Assembly: GCA_002633005.1 (NCBI GenBank)
Contig: NMRA01000683.1
Coordinates: forward strand, 1 to 64,000
Length of the DNA: 64,000 bases
Direction of reading: 5' to 3'
DNA from: Phoronis australis
Taxonomy: Eukaryota > Animalia > Phoronida
Every line of letters begins with the position of its first letter. The stretch's first letter is position 1. This document shows, piece by piece, positions 1 to 12,035 of the stretch. Position numbers and translations under genes: made by a program. Below the pieces are notes generated by a model that searched no databases, had not been told where the DNA came from, and saw nothing but the letters and a program-made list of their open reading frames with translations.

Positions 1-252
1 CGAATTTTGTCGCGGAAAGGTTCACATTGACCATCTCAAAGGCTGGTTATCGGGCATGATTTGGGCCGTAAAAGTTTCCGCGTTTTTTGTCATTGGTCAT
101 TCCAAGCCCTGACATTCACAGCCAATAGAAAATAATTCACGAGAGACAATTTTATTAATGACTCATTCATGACAGACATGAAGCAAACAGAAGTAACGGT
201 CTCGAATTCATATATCACACATTTTTGACTGGTATGTTACAAAACTAGGCTA

Positions 253-488
253 TAAATTGGTAAATAAAACAACAAGAATGGATCAACTGAAATTTGAAAT
301 TTTCGGATGTAACAACTTCCTTTATGTTTTGTTGATAAAGGAAGTTGTTACATCCGAAAATTTCAAATTTCAGTTGATTCATTCTTGTTGTTTTATTTAC
401 CGATTTATATTCTTCATTTCTTGAAACAATAGTATCCTTGGGAGGATCTGGATCGCCTTATTTAGTTTCAGATATATATTTTCTACGT
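253..488. mobile_element. Penelope-like element (pLTR) fragment with inverted 5' duplication
   Basis: 75-bp near-perfect inverted arms 251-325 / 335-409 with a 9-nt loop. The insert is flanked by the 12-bp direct repeat aaaactaggcta (241-252, 489-500). It contains a hammerhead-like variant ttgataa-aGGA...TCC-gaaa. Confidence 0.65.
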
Positions 489-710
489 AAAACTAGGCTA
501 AACATTGAGCTCTCATTTAGTACCACTTCATTCAGTAAATCTGACGATATAACAGCATCTTCAGCAGAAATTGCATCGTCATAAACATTGTTGCAGAAGG
601 CATAGACCTCAACTTTGGTCAATGAAAATCTTCTCTAGTCAATCAATGTCAATGGTGCACAACCCTGCAGACTTCATATAAGCCACAAACTAGATGGAAA
701 AGATTTCCAG

Positions 711-1861
711 GGTTCCATGTCACTATGACGAAGGTTCAAATACTCCGAAGGTCCAGTACTCAGAATGCCAATTTCTTCGAAGGTTCGTTATCTTCTAAAG
801 ATCACTACTTTGAATTTCCACTATTCCAAACCCTGGGCCCGGTCTTTAATCTTTGTACTCGAAACGAATGGGAAATTATTTTTGGCAATTTCTCTGCTCC
901 TTTTGTGCGAACTCATGATAAGTGGTTATCAGATTGTGCTCGAATAATTATAGTTCATGCATATGAGTTTCTAGTCCAAGTTTGCACTTAAAAACCCATA
1001 TATGCGTACTACAAACTCGAGTAAAAACTCGAAATTTCGAGTTTAAACTCAAACTGTTAGCTTTAATGTTGGTTTTGTCAACTGCAAAATATGACTAATC
1101 AATCATCCACAGTAAGTCATTATGTATTCGAGCATTGAGTAATGGACACTTATCTTGAGTTCGCACAAAAGTAGATTAAAAATGCCAAACATTATTTCGA
1201 GTTCCATTTCGAGTAAGCAGATTCGAGACTGGGCCCTGAATTCCGACAGTTCACTATTTTGGTTGTGTGATCACGACTCATTCTCAAGCAGAGACAACAT
1301 CTGGGGCACGGCTGCGGCGACCAACGGCGGTTTCAAATTTAAGAAGACTAAATGGGACTCCCCGACTTCATGAGGACTGGCAGGGACAGAGTGGCCTAGT
1401 AAATTCATTTAGTTTCGACCCGGCCGTGTGCGTCGCGCTGGGATTCGATCTTGACATGAATTTGATGAATTGTGTCATGGCTGATGATTCATCAGTATTC
1501 CTACTTCATATCATTTTTAAATTCAAGTGCGTACTCATTTTAAGACATGCGGGCAGTTTCGCATGCGCATGAAATCTGACTACCGTTTGTAGCTGTGCTG
1601 GCCAGCTGTAGACGGTGGTCACTGTCTACATAAAACCCAAAGTGTTTTAGTGCCCGGGCGTTGTTTTAGGTATAGGTGCATTTAATAGCCGAAATATCGT
1701 TTATTTTAGCATGCAAAAGATCAAAAATCATATCTGAGTCTGAAAGTTTAGATATGTTTAGAGCGGTGAATCTTCGGAGTGGTGAATCGTTGAAGTAGTG
1801 AACCTTCGGAATAGTCAGTGAACCTTCCGAGTAGCAAACTTTCTAAATAGTGGGATGTCCC
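711..1861. mobile_element. MULE/foldback-like non-autonomous element with tandem subterminal repeats
   Basis: About 16-bp actactccgaaggttc-like repeats at 720-830, inverted at 1760-1860. Flanking 9-mers gatttccag (702-710) / catttccag (1862-1870). Related repeats occur at 54475-54570. Confidence 0.55.
836..1235. mobile_element. PIF/Harbinger-superfamily MITE (CWG target duplication)
   Basis: Imperfect TIR ggcccggtctttaatc...ctcgaaa / tttcgagtaagcagattcgagactgggcc, flanked by ctg (833-835, 1236-1238). Confidence 0.55.
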
Positions 1862-2547
1862 CATTTCCAGCTATGTAAGCAACTTAAGTAACACGCTAAA
1901 ATACAACCAGATATACAATTTTGTTAAGTCATTCCCCAACTAGACTTCATATTTCTGTCTGAGTATGCAATGAGGTGTAATCACTCATTTAAGCATGGCT
2001 GATTTGAAACTTCGGCAGGAAATAACGCGAGAATGTTCTCTTTTTGGACCACATTACATCCTACTTTACGTCCCGTCCTTTGCGAGCAACCGTCACAGCA
2101 TCCTCGTATCGGGTATTACAAATTCCGTCTCATCTCATGAACATGAGTCGTCGTCATGTATACAGATTTCCCTTCCCCCTAATTAAACTGCGTCTAAGGC
2201 ATCACCGAAAACTCCACAGTGTCGACGTTTGCAAAATACCAAGATCCACCGTTCTTGAAATTCGAACCACCATGATGGCTACGGGCCTGAATAGGATGCA
2301 TTTGAGTGGAGAGATAGGGGCGTCTAAAAAAAGTCGCCCCTACATCGATCAAACCTCTGCACGCTACTGCCCCACCGCTAAAAATGTCTGTAAAGTATCT
2401 TTTGTTGCATACAGAATGTTGCTCTACATTATGCAAATTGTTTCAAGCGGTTACCTGGCGGGTTGATCTAGCTCAACTCAGGTACTTGGGCGTGTCTGGC
2501 GGGGATAATCCACCACTAGATTTGTCTGGCAGTATTTATTCTTAATA

Positions 2548-3034
2548 NNNNNNNNNNNNNNNNNNNNNNNNNNNNNNNNNNNNNNNNNNNNNNNNNNNNN
2601 NNNNNNNNNNNNNNNNNNNNNNNNNNNNNNNNNNNNNNNNNNNNNNNNNNNNNNNNNNNNNNNNNNNNNNNNNNNNNNNNNNNNNNNNNNNNNNNNNNNN
2701 NNNNNNNNNNNNNNNNNNNNNNNNNNNNNNNNNNNNNNNNNNNNNNNNNNNNNNNNNNNNNNNNNNNNNNNNNNNNNNNNNNNNNNNNNNNNNNNNNNNN
2801 NNNNNNNNNNNNNNNNNNNNNNNNNNNNNNNNNNNNNNNNNNNNNNNNNNNNNNNNNNNNNNNNNNNNNNNNNNNNNNNNNNNNNNNNNNNNNNNNNNNN
2901 NNNNNNNNNNNNNNNNNNNNNNNNNNNNNNNNNNNNNNNNNNNNNNNNNNNNNNNNNNNNNNNNNNNNNNNNNNNNNNNNNNNNNNNNNNNNNNNNNNNN
3001 NNNNNNNNNNNNNNNNNNNNNNNNNNNNNNNNNN
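2548..3034. other. Assembly gap (N run)
   Basis: 487 N. Confidence 1.
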
Positions 3035-4485
3035 TTTTTTGTATCCTGTATATGTTCGTCTGGCGGGTACTCCCCACCACTGAAATTGTCTGGCAATGAC
3101 CAGTTTTGATACAATGGATGACATAGCAGGTATCGAAGGCAGTTTTAAGTGGTTACCAGAAAAGTTGATCTAGCTCAATTTTTGAATGTAATTCTCTTGG
3201 CTCCCCTGACCACACCCACCAGAGCGAACCTGCCAGACGGGCCATTTCCAAGCATCAGGATACCCACAGAGCACTGTGGCACCAAAGAAAATTGGTTACC
3301 TTTTCATGCCCAAAAAGCTCTGCGGGATCCCGGTCTACCGGTACTGCTCTTGGAATTTTATCTGTCCCATGTTCACTCCGGCTCGACAACAATGCCGTCC
3401 GCTCGTGAATGAATTCAATTCATATTTTATGCGTGTGGTTGGATTTAGATCGATCTTCGCTAGTACGGCCCAGGTTTCGTTTTACAAATCACTGCACACG
3501 CCATCACGGGTGGTCAAACGAACCAGAAAGTGGCGGGACAGGTGGAAACGGAGCAACTTTGACTAAAGATTAATAGATCCACACACTGTTTTAGATGGTT
3601 TCAAAATTCTTTACCTTGGTGCGAGAGAGACGAAGCATTTCGTGTACAAAATAGGCTAGTAAATGGAATGTGAGTAGGGAGACCGTCTACAACATAACAC
3701 TTTTAACGTATACTGCGCGACAAACTAGGACGTGGATTTTTGCATTTCACAAAATTTGTTTTACTTGACACTGAACAACATCGTTTTGGCGATTAGGCAC
3801 ATGGCAAAGCGAAGATCGGGGCCGCTTCGGGAGGAAGGTAAGTGACCTGCAGGTTCACAGACAAAAACATGAAGCCGTGAACCTGAAATCTGACTTGGTA
3901 ACACAACACCGGTCTCATCACCAACATCACCGGTGCTTATTAATTAGCTGTTAATCCAAATACAAAGCGTGACAGTAGCGAATGAGTACGATATGAGATA
4001 AAATAGGTAAAATGGATTTGTTGAGTTGACATCGGATACACGAAATGGCATAAAATAGATCACGAAATGAAGGGACTGGGTTGACATGAGATTCACAAAA
4101 TAGCATTGGATTTGGAGCATCATAAGATCGTGAGTTAAATTTTACGAATTGAGTGTCCGATACCTTTTGCCCTTTTGCACCCCCTTACCAGGGCTCAAAC
4201 TTATTTTTGGGCCAAATGGTAAAAAACAAAAGAGTTAGCCGAAGAGACCGGTAGATGCAACTGACTAGGCGTTCTAAGGACGCATATCATCTTGGTCGTG
4301 ATGCTTGAGTGACACTTGCTAATAATTAACCTCTTCAGGTTATTACTATCGCAAAAAAGTAAAAAGAAACGCATTGGTGAGTTTCATAGTATATAAAATT
4401 CCATGCATCTTTGATGATTATGTTGTGTACAGACGACCTAGATGTGACCTGCCAGACGGAAAAAATACTGAAGGCGATGCAACAG

Positions 4486-4511
4486 TATACATACAGGTAT
4501 ATACATATACA

Positions 4512-4581
<70 letters not shown>

Positions 4582-4710
4582 CGTGTATATATATATATAC
4601 ATGTGTGTGTGTGTACATGTATATGTATATATATATATATATATACATGTATACGTATACGTAAACGTATGTATATGCATATGTATATGTATATACATGT
4701 ATGTATATAT
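4486..4710. repeat. Compound (CA)n/(TA)n/(TG)n microsatellite
   Basis: Directly visible dinucleotide runs. Confidence 0.97.
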
Positions 4711-5159
4711 TTGATTCCGAAAATTGCGTTTACTTTCATTCTTTAAATCGTTTGACCATTCATAAGCAATTATGCTGCCTAAATGAGGATTTATTCCATT
4801 GAAAATGACGAAATATGAAGAGATCTGAGCAGTGACTTCCAGTTCAGTTGGTCACCCCCGGTTCCGCACTGCTGTTACAAAACTCACTGACATCTCTTTA
4901 TAAGGGCTTGGATGCTAAGTATTCAACATTCTGTGACGGGGTGTTTATTATTATTGCACAGGTATTTGTCTGCTGCATTTTATAGGACTCGGAGGTTCCT
5001 TGGTTCAGTCTGCCTGGAGACTAAGTCAGGGCAACTCTATACACGTACACATGCAGTCCAGTAGATTTATAGCGTGAATTCGACACCCTACGAGTGAGTA
5101 TTCTTACTTAATATCATATAAATTGATAAGATATTTGTGTTGGTTTCGCCTGTTTTATG

Positions 5160-6060
5160 GAATTGCCAAGAGTCGCAAAACATGGTGTCCTTCTTTGTAC
5201 GGACAGTGACACTAACAGGTGCATATGCAGCATAATTTACCATGCTGACATCCGACCATGCTGTACATTAAAATCTTCATGCTGTATGGTGGAATGGGTG
5301 AGTCAATCGTGAATTGTAGGAAAGATTGGAGCTAAGTTAATTATGCCACGTTTTACGTTTGGTTGCATGTAATCAAAACAACAGCATCTGGTACAACATC
5401 TTGTTCAGTTCACCTTTAGCAGCATTAGACCTTTCTTAATAATACCTCATGAATATATTAAGAGGAAATCCAAAGCTCGGCTAACACTGTTCTCCTGATC
5501 ACAGCCATGCCGCCTCCTCTGTGCTGGCTGATAGTGACCTTACACTTGTTCCAATCATACAATATTTATCTATGTGGAATCTTGTTGTAAAAAGTCTTCA
5601 TAGTCGTCTGGCAAGAATTATCTGTCCAGAGGGTACAGTAGGCTACTCCAGTGAAAGTTACATAACTTCATTAAGAAGTGAACACTTTTACAGGCTGCAT
5701 AAACATTGTTCAGTTGTTGTTGAACTGTCAGCTGGTCAGGCATGGTAACTCTACATAGTCTATTTCATTTGATTTTTTGTTTCCCAACAAATGAAGAAGA
5801 ATTCAAAGATAACAGTGAGTAGATTCGTAAATTTATTAGATTATTTCGTCAGTCATCGATTCACTTGTTTGGGACATGGATTGAACATGGTGTTTCACTT
5901 TCTTACTCGTGTTTTCAACCAATCCACAGTGGTCTCTTGTTGTTCTTTAATTATATCTGGACAGTTTAAAAACCGTAAACTAAGACATTAATATTATTTA
6001 ACACCTGAAGCACAAGGTGGGTCATTTTTTTCTACAGATTCTATCGCTTGCCTGATTACC
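5160..6060 (-). pseudogene. Highly decayed piggyBac-like transposase
   Basis: Minus-strand remnants in piggyBac order: ASDR (about 6045), LWTDN (about 5630), MIGT (about 5550), SNAAKGELNKMLYQML (cf. YNxxKGGVDxxDQ, about 5420), KRKTWH (about 5355) and a Cys-rich tail with PCF (about 5185). Many stops and frameshifts; termini not found. Confidence 0.55.
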
Positions 6061-8902
6061 CTGCAAACGGACTTGGACACATTTGATAGTGATGTTATCA
6101 CTGGCCTTGACCAAAGTTATTCCAGTCGAAATCTAACATGGCCACCAAGAGGTGTAGTCACTGTTATGAGCAAAATGTACATTTTAATATGCTGATAAAA
6201 AATAAATTGACAGAGTAGTATTACACTGGATAAGTCTTGTCATTTGTGGAAAAAGCCATACGTACGGTATCATTCATTCACAATAGGGCCTCTGAAGTTT
6301 GTTTAAAACATGCAACTGTCCACAATTGATTTACTGAGCCTATATTGTTCAAGGAAATTGAAGTGTATACACAAGTGATTAATATTGTCTTTGATATGCC
6401 TAATGACTCTCCGCATGTATTCTCAAGCTGGCTATTTGTTACCTTTTTCTTGATTCCTCTGAAATGGTGTGATTTTTAGTTTTGAACCCTTATCACCGAG
6501 TATCTTATTAATTAAAAATATTTTACCAGCCATCACACTGCCCCCTTGTTCTATTAAGTCAGTTTAGTATACATGTAGCTACTGTACATCTGATATTGAA
6601 CCTGTCTATATAGTGACGATACAAATGTCATTGAGCCAGGCGAAGCTATATCCAGCTATACAAGTGATTAGTCGTCCTTGATATGCCAAATGACTCTCCT
6701 CATGTATTCTTAAACTGGTTGCTTTAAAGGCTTTGAAGAACATTTTGGGTTTGCCACCATTCACCAGAGAGTTTGGCTGTAGATTTCCCCAGGTCAATAT
6801 TTCCCTACTTTCTGTTGCTACTGAGCAATTGAAACGTTCTGACAAAATTTCCCCCAGCATCCCTTATGTAAAGCTACATTAAAACAAAAAGTTCATCCGG
6901 TGGAATATAATTAATACACCCACGTCTACTAACTCTGCTAATATATCCCCGGTATAACCTCCAAAAAACAAGTGGTTACATACTATTCATGCATATGCAT
7001 TCGTGTACTAAGAGAATATCTACGTGGTTAACATGAATTTTTCAGATTCAAAACAGTTTTTGGTGTGCAAAGATAAGAAAGTCAGCGATTGCAGCAGTGC
7101 TTGCATCATTGCATGACTGCTTGTGTTACTGTGGAATAATTTTTCATGAACTTGAGAGGGTATGTGTGTCACCTGCAGTTTTCAGTAATATATACAAATC
7201 TATACGACTGCATGTTTTCAGTCCAGCCTGACAACTCAAGCAGTCTCTGTGAATCAAGTCTCGGTTTTTGAGACTGAGTTTGTACAACATTCATAGTTTG
7301 TCATTTTCTTTAAATTTCAGAAAATATTTATCTAAAATAATGTTTTACATTGTAGAAGTTCTAAGTGCTATTAGGAAATGATGTGCTTGAAAGTTACAAG
7401 TCATTCAAGCATCACGGCCACTGGTGATACACGAAAGCCGACAAGAGCTGATATTAGATTTGTCATAATTTACTTGCAAAGTTGACCCATTGTATCTGCA
7501 AATCTTCACTAGCCACTTTCTTATTAACTCTTAGTCAGTAAGATATTGATGAAATGACATTACTTTGTTTATTCTTTGGTTATTTGTGCAGCAAGAGACA
7601 CAACAGTGTGCAATTGTTTATGTAGAGATTCACTGAAAACAGACAACTTCCTGTAGACTTAACAGTACTAGCCTCCTAAAGATGATTGTGGAAATTGGCA
7701 TGTGTGTTTTTATTATGGAGAGGGCGCCTGGCGATAATTTTCCGACGATTTCGACTATTGTGACGCCTCCTAGTGGCAGTTTTGTCTCTTTTTGCGCCTA
7801 TGACTGTATCTTCTTAACTGTTGGCAGGATCTTTACTAAGTTCTGCAAATGTATTTACATGATGTTGATAATTGATGACGACGACTTTCGGACTGATCTG
7901 ACTCCCGGTGTACTCCCTAGTGGCAATTTAATTCTTTTACGTTTATCTTTGTATCTTCAAAGGTCCTCAACGTATTTTCATAAAATTTGAAATATAGGCA
8001 CCTACATGTATTACTGAGATGAAGCTATCCTCCCATTTTCTGATAGATTTGACGTAGTTTGCGCAACCTAGTGGCCATTTTTACTGTTTTTAGTCTGTTT
8101 TTGGCATCCACCCCTCTATCAACCAAACCACACTAAGGATGATTGTGAAAATTGGCATGTATGTTTTTTCTACGAAGCTGACGATGATTTTCCAATGACT
8201 TCGACTACTGTAGCGCCTCCTAGTGGCAGTGTTTTGCGTCAATGGCTTTATCTCTTAAATGGTTTACAGCATCTTTGCTAAATTTAGCAAGTTTATTTTA
8301 TGTTGACATTGAACGACAACAACTTTCGGACGGATCTGGCTACCAGTGTGCCCCCTAGCGGCAATTTTCATTTTTTATTCTTTAGTTACCTATGTATCTT
8401 CAAAGGTCCTTAAAGGATTATCAGAAAGTTTCGAATATAGGCATTTATTGGCAAGATGATGCTATCCTCCAGCTTTCGGATGGAATCGAGGTACTTTGCG
8501 CCACCTAATGGTCATTTTTCCTGTTTTTGAGTCTTATTTTTTGGCGTCCACCCCTCGATCAACCAAACCATTCCGAATATGACTTTGAAAATAGGTGTGT
8601 TATTATGTTCTCGGTGTGAAAAGGAAGTTGACGATAACGAATAACTACTGTAGCGCCTACTAGTGGTAGTTTTCTTTTGTTTTGCGCCCATACCTGCATC
8701 TCCTAAACTCACTGCAGGATCTTTATTAAATTTAGTAGTTGTATTGATATGAAGGTAACAGCAGATAACGATGTCTTTCAGGCGGATCCAATGAAGGCTG
8801 TGTCCTATAGTGGCAATTTTATTTTTTGTTTTCCTTTGTTTCTCTGAATTTCCTTGACAGATTTTTATGAAATTTGATAAATAGGAGCTTAAAATTCGTG
8901 AG

Positions 8903-9160
8903 GCTTTACACTTCAGTTGGTGCAAGTCCAATCTCAATAGGCAACTGGCACACCACAGGTTGTCATTGTTGGTCTAGTTCATTGTCACTCCCTGTAACTG
9001 ACTGTATCTGTGCTTCACTACTTGTTGCTGGGCCTAGCTAGGTGGCCACTGTATTATCACTTCTGAGGATGGTGTTGAATAAATGACACCGAAACATGTC
9101 AAGTCTTAAAAACCGTTCTTGTTTTCTTCAATAAAAAACTTTCTATTAAAGAATCAATGA
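8903..9160 (+). mobile_element. Penelope-like pLTR fragment inserted into the HINE array
   Basis: Interrupts a monomer of the array, carries a minimal hammerhead and a downstream aataaa. Boundaries are approximate. Confidence 0.55.
9059..9104 (+). ncRNA. Minimal type I hammerhead ribozyme
   Basis: Stem I actt (9059-62) / aagt (9101-04); core CTGAGGA (9063-69); stem II ggtgtt / gacacc; GAAA (9091-94); palindromic ACATGT in place of stem III; GTC cleavage triplet ending at 9100. Confidence 0.75.
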
Positions 9161-11043
9161 CATATTCCAATTTTCAGATTAATTGAACGTTTTATCGCCC
9201 TCTGGTGGCTATTTTTATGAATCAAATAAACAACCCAAGAAGCACTCCGTTAGCGGTACATTCGAGGGCGCATTTCAACGCTCCGCCTTGCTCTTGTGTA
9301 TGGAGTTTACTTGATTAACTGAAAAGTAAAGCAACGTGTTCCGAACAAACTCATGCTGCTTTAAAAGGTTCAGTCTGTAATTTATCTGCTGAGTTATTTC
9401 CATTTAACTAGTGTTGCTTTCTACTTGGATACGTGTTTTCAATGCATGAACATGAGATTTAAAGATCCGCTTAAAAGAATAAAAGTAAAGCCCAACTTCA
9501 AAGGACTTTTGCTATTTTAGATGTATCGGGCTAACCAGATATAAGAAAACCGACTTTAAACACTCAAATGTAGGCCCATCAAATGACAGATGAAGTTGGT
9601 TTTTCGTGCCATATTGCGTCACAACAAGATCCCAGCACAAACAACAAAAAGCCGATAACAGTTTTAGGGGTGTGAATAGAAAAAACATTGCGTGCGAGTA
9701 TTCCTAACAATAACAATAACAATACAATAATAATAATAACGGTAGTGGCAGTGGCTGTGGCTGTAGCCGTGGTACAATTTGGCTTAAGAAGTGATTCTCG
9801 CGGTCACGTGCATTGACAAAAGTAAAGCAACGACCCTAACCAGTCCCTTATATTTGGCAAATTTATGATACTGGTGGGCTCAGAGCTATGCTTTTAACAT
9901 ACCGTAGACACAAAATCTACAGGTGTTACCGTACGTGTATATGTAGGTACCTTTTATTTTGAGTAAATAACTGTTAAATTGTTAATTCCTGTATAGTCTG
10001 CAACACAAAAAGGATGTACACTCGTAAGATAATTGTTAAAAGTCAATGAACTCTTCATGTTATTCTTTTATAGACAAGGCTATAGAAAAAGTAACAAAGG
10101 CAAACATCTGGAGACTTGTAAAAATGGATTATGTGAAAATTACTTGGCACCCTGATGTGTGCTATCATATGTGTATGCGTAACTGGCATTTCGCGTTCAA
10201 CAGATGGAAGCTCTGCACATTACATATGTATGAGTGACTGTACATTTGGCAAATAATTTATTCTTAATTAGCGTGCAGTCACGTTGGACGTGTTTTGAAT
10301 ATAAGATACAATAATAGAACTGCTACAAAAGGCGTATAGATAGAGTCCTCTGGTAATACTGAGGCGGGTTTGGGCAGGGAGCTTATTTCCATCTGTTAGA
10401 ATAAACTTTTAGCATGCAGCATAAGTAAAAAAGGGAGTGCTGCCTACGCCATTACATATTTTCATACTTTAGATGCCTCGGAAGTCTAGCGAGATTCGTG
10501 TACCGATAGCTGTGCTTGGATGGTGCTTGACATTCAAACATGGTCACTCATTGTTTGACCCCGATCAAAGGCCTCGCAGCAGGTAATCACGTAGTGGCGA
10601 GATTGCTGCCCTCTTCCGGCGCATCTGTGTCTGACTTCCGGCGCATCTATGAAAATATGTAGCACGATACCTTAGACTTCCTTCTCTGCTTTCAATGACA
10701 CACTCTCATTCGTTGTCTTTGCTACGGATAATATCCTCCTATTTCGCTGTCATGGTAGTAATACGTGGCTAATTAGATTTCGAGTAAGGGCGTGATGAAT
10801 CTTGTCGTTTGAAAAAACCCTCAGGAGCGTTTCGACAAGATTTTAGTCTTCTTCCACATCTGTGGAACTTTGCAGGAGTGCTTTACTTCTCGTTGATGAG
10901 TTTATTATTAGATGAGTTTTCAGAGATATTGAGGAAAACGAGAAATATGCAGAAAATTTGGCGAGCCTTTCAAATTAGCTTTTCGCGCTCAAACACATCA
11001 CGTGATGCTATCCAAAATACCATACATGTATTTCTAGTAGCAC

Positions 11044-11228
11044 GGGATAAAATACATACACAAAACGTGCCGAGAGTGGCGTACATGAAGTAATGTCCCA
11101 CAAGGCATTATTACGCGTATCGACCGAGACCAAAGTTCGAGGTCGATACGCGGAATAATGTCGAGTGGGATATTACTTCATGTACGCCACTCTCGGCACG
11201 TTTGTTTGGTACGTTTTATATTTATCCC
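11044..11228. repeat. Long palindromic element, possibly a Crypton-like non-autonomous element
   Basis: About 80-bp inverted arms 11044-11125 / 11141-11228 around a centre tcgaccgagaccaaagttcgaggtcga. Confidence 0.6.
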
Positions 11229-11654
11229 ATACGCTTCGAATTCCTAAGTTTATTTCATTTTTCCGCAGATTTTTTAAATACTTCACTGGGACTGTTCACG
11301 TGGCGGATCACATCATGTATATACATGTACTTCAGTGTGCGTGAGTTTAGGCTGCAAGTTTTCTCTAGTAAAAGAAGCAGTTTAAAATGTGGCGATTTAT
11401 TATGTGAAAAGAGATAATAATGTTGAAAACAAGGGTAACCTTTCATTGAGCTTGTAATATGTCCTGAAAATAGTTAAATAACAAAAATATTTGATATTGT
11501 AATTACCAAGGAAGCGGCGCCTGAGTTGCAGACGATGAAGTGTGTAGCAAATGAAAACTGTGACAGAACTATCATATAATTAACAGTCCTGTTCCAGATA
11601 TTACGATTGAGACCTGATTGTATGTTGAGCGATATTTACATGTACACTGCTATA

Positions 11655-12035
11655 ATTATGCACCTACATATTTACATGTATATGTGGACGCAATATGCCG
11701 TCAACTCCGTCCGGGAGGCGTCCGGCGTCCGCTGCTCTATCTCCAAAACCCTTTGACATACGTTCATGGAATTTGGCACATATGCTTCATTTATGAATGG
11801 GACGGCATGAGCGAACTTTCGGACAGATCCAATTATCGGTGTGCTCCCTAGTAGCAATTTTAGTTTTTTACGCTTACATCTGTATCTTCAAAAGTCCTAA
11901 AATTTGGTATGTAGGCACCTATTAATGAGATGACGCTATCCTCCCGTTTTCAGATGGATTCAACGTAGTTTGCGCCACCTAGTGGCCATATTTACTGTTT
12001 CCTAGTCTGTTGTTTTGCCTTCACCCCTCTATCAA
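11655..12035 (+). mobile_element. Second, truncated copy (5' part) of the HINE family seen at 7.7-9.3 kb
   Basis: tatgtggacg hairpin arm and cgtcc microsatellite, then monomers matching 7860-8120, including gcgccacctagtggcca at 11972-11988. A related 5' end occurs at about 32918-33160. Confidence 0.6.

Larger units (their letters stand above)
600..2289. mobile_element. Right part of a non-autonomous hAT-type element, paralog of 53356-56161
   Basis: Ends in ...tggctacgggcctg (2289). Blocks at about 615-710, 1270-1505 and 1970-2289 align by eye with about 54140-54230, 54825-55100 and 55195-56161. The left end was not located. Confidence 0.6.
7660..9297 (+). mobile_element. Helentron-associated HINE/DINE-1-like element with an internal tandem array (about 148-bp monomers, about 445-bp trimeric higher-order repeat)
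   Basis: Recurring gcgcc(a/t)cctagtggc-like cores at 7771, 7918, 8069, 8221, 8356, 8506, 8661 and 8808. The 3' end gagggcgcat-ttcaacgctccgccttg-ctcttgt resembles a HINE terminal hairpin. Confidence 0.6.

Noticed and set aside
2478-3124. ORFs of about 200 aa
   Set aside because: They run through the N gap. The same applies to the ORFs at 33990-34513.
4335-4746. Overlapping YI/HT/CV-rich ORFs
   Set aside because: These are translations of a microsatellite.
7760-8820. Regularly spaced short repeats resembling a CRISPR array
   Set aside because: The spacers are homologous to each other, the period is about 148 bp, there are no cas genes and the context is eukaryotic.
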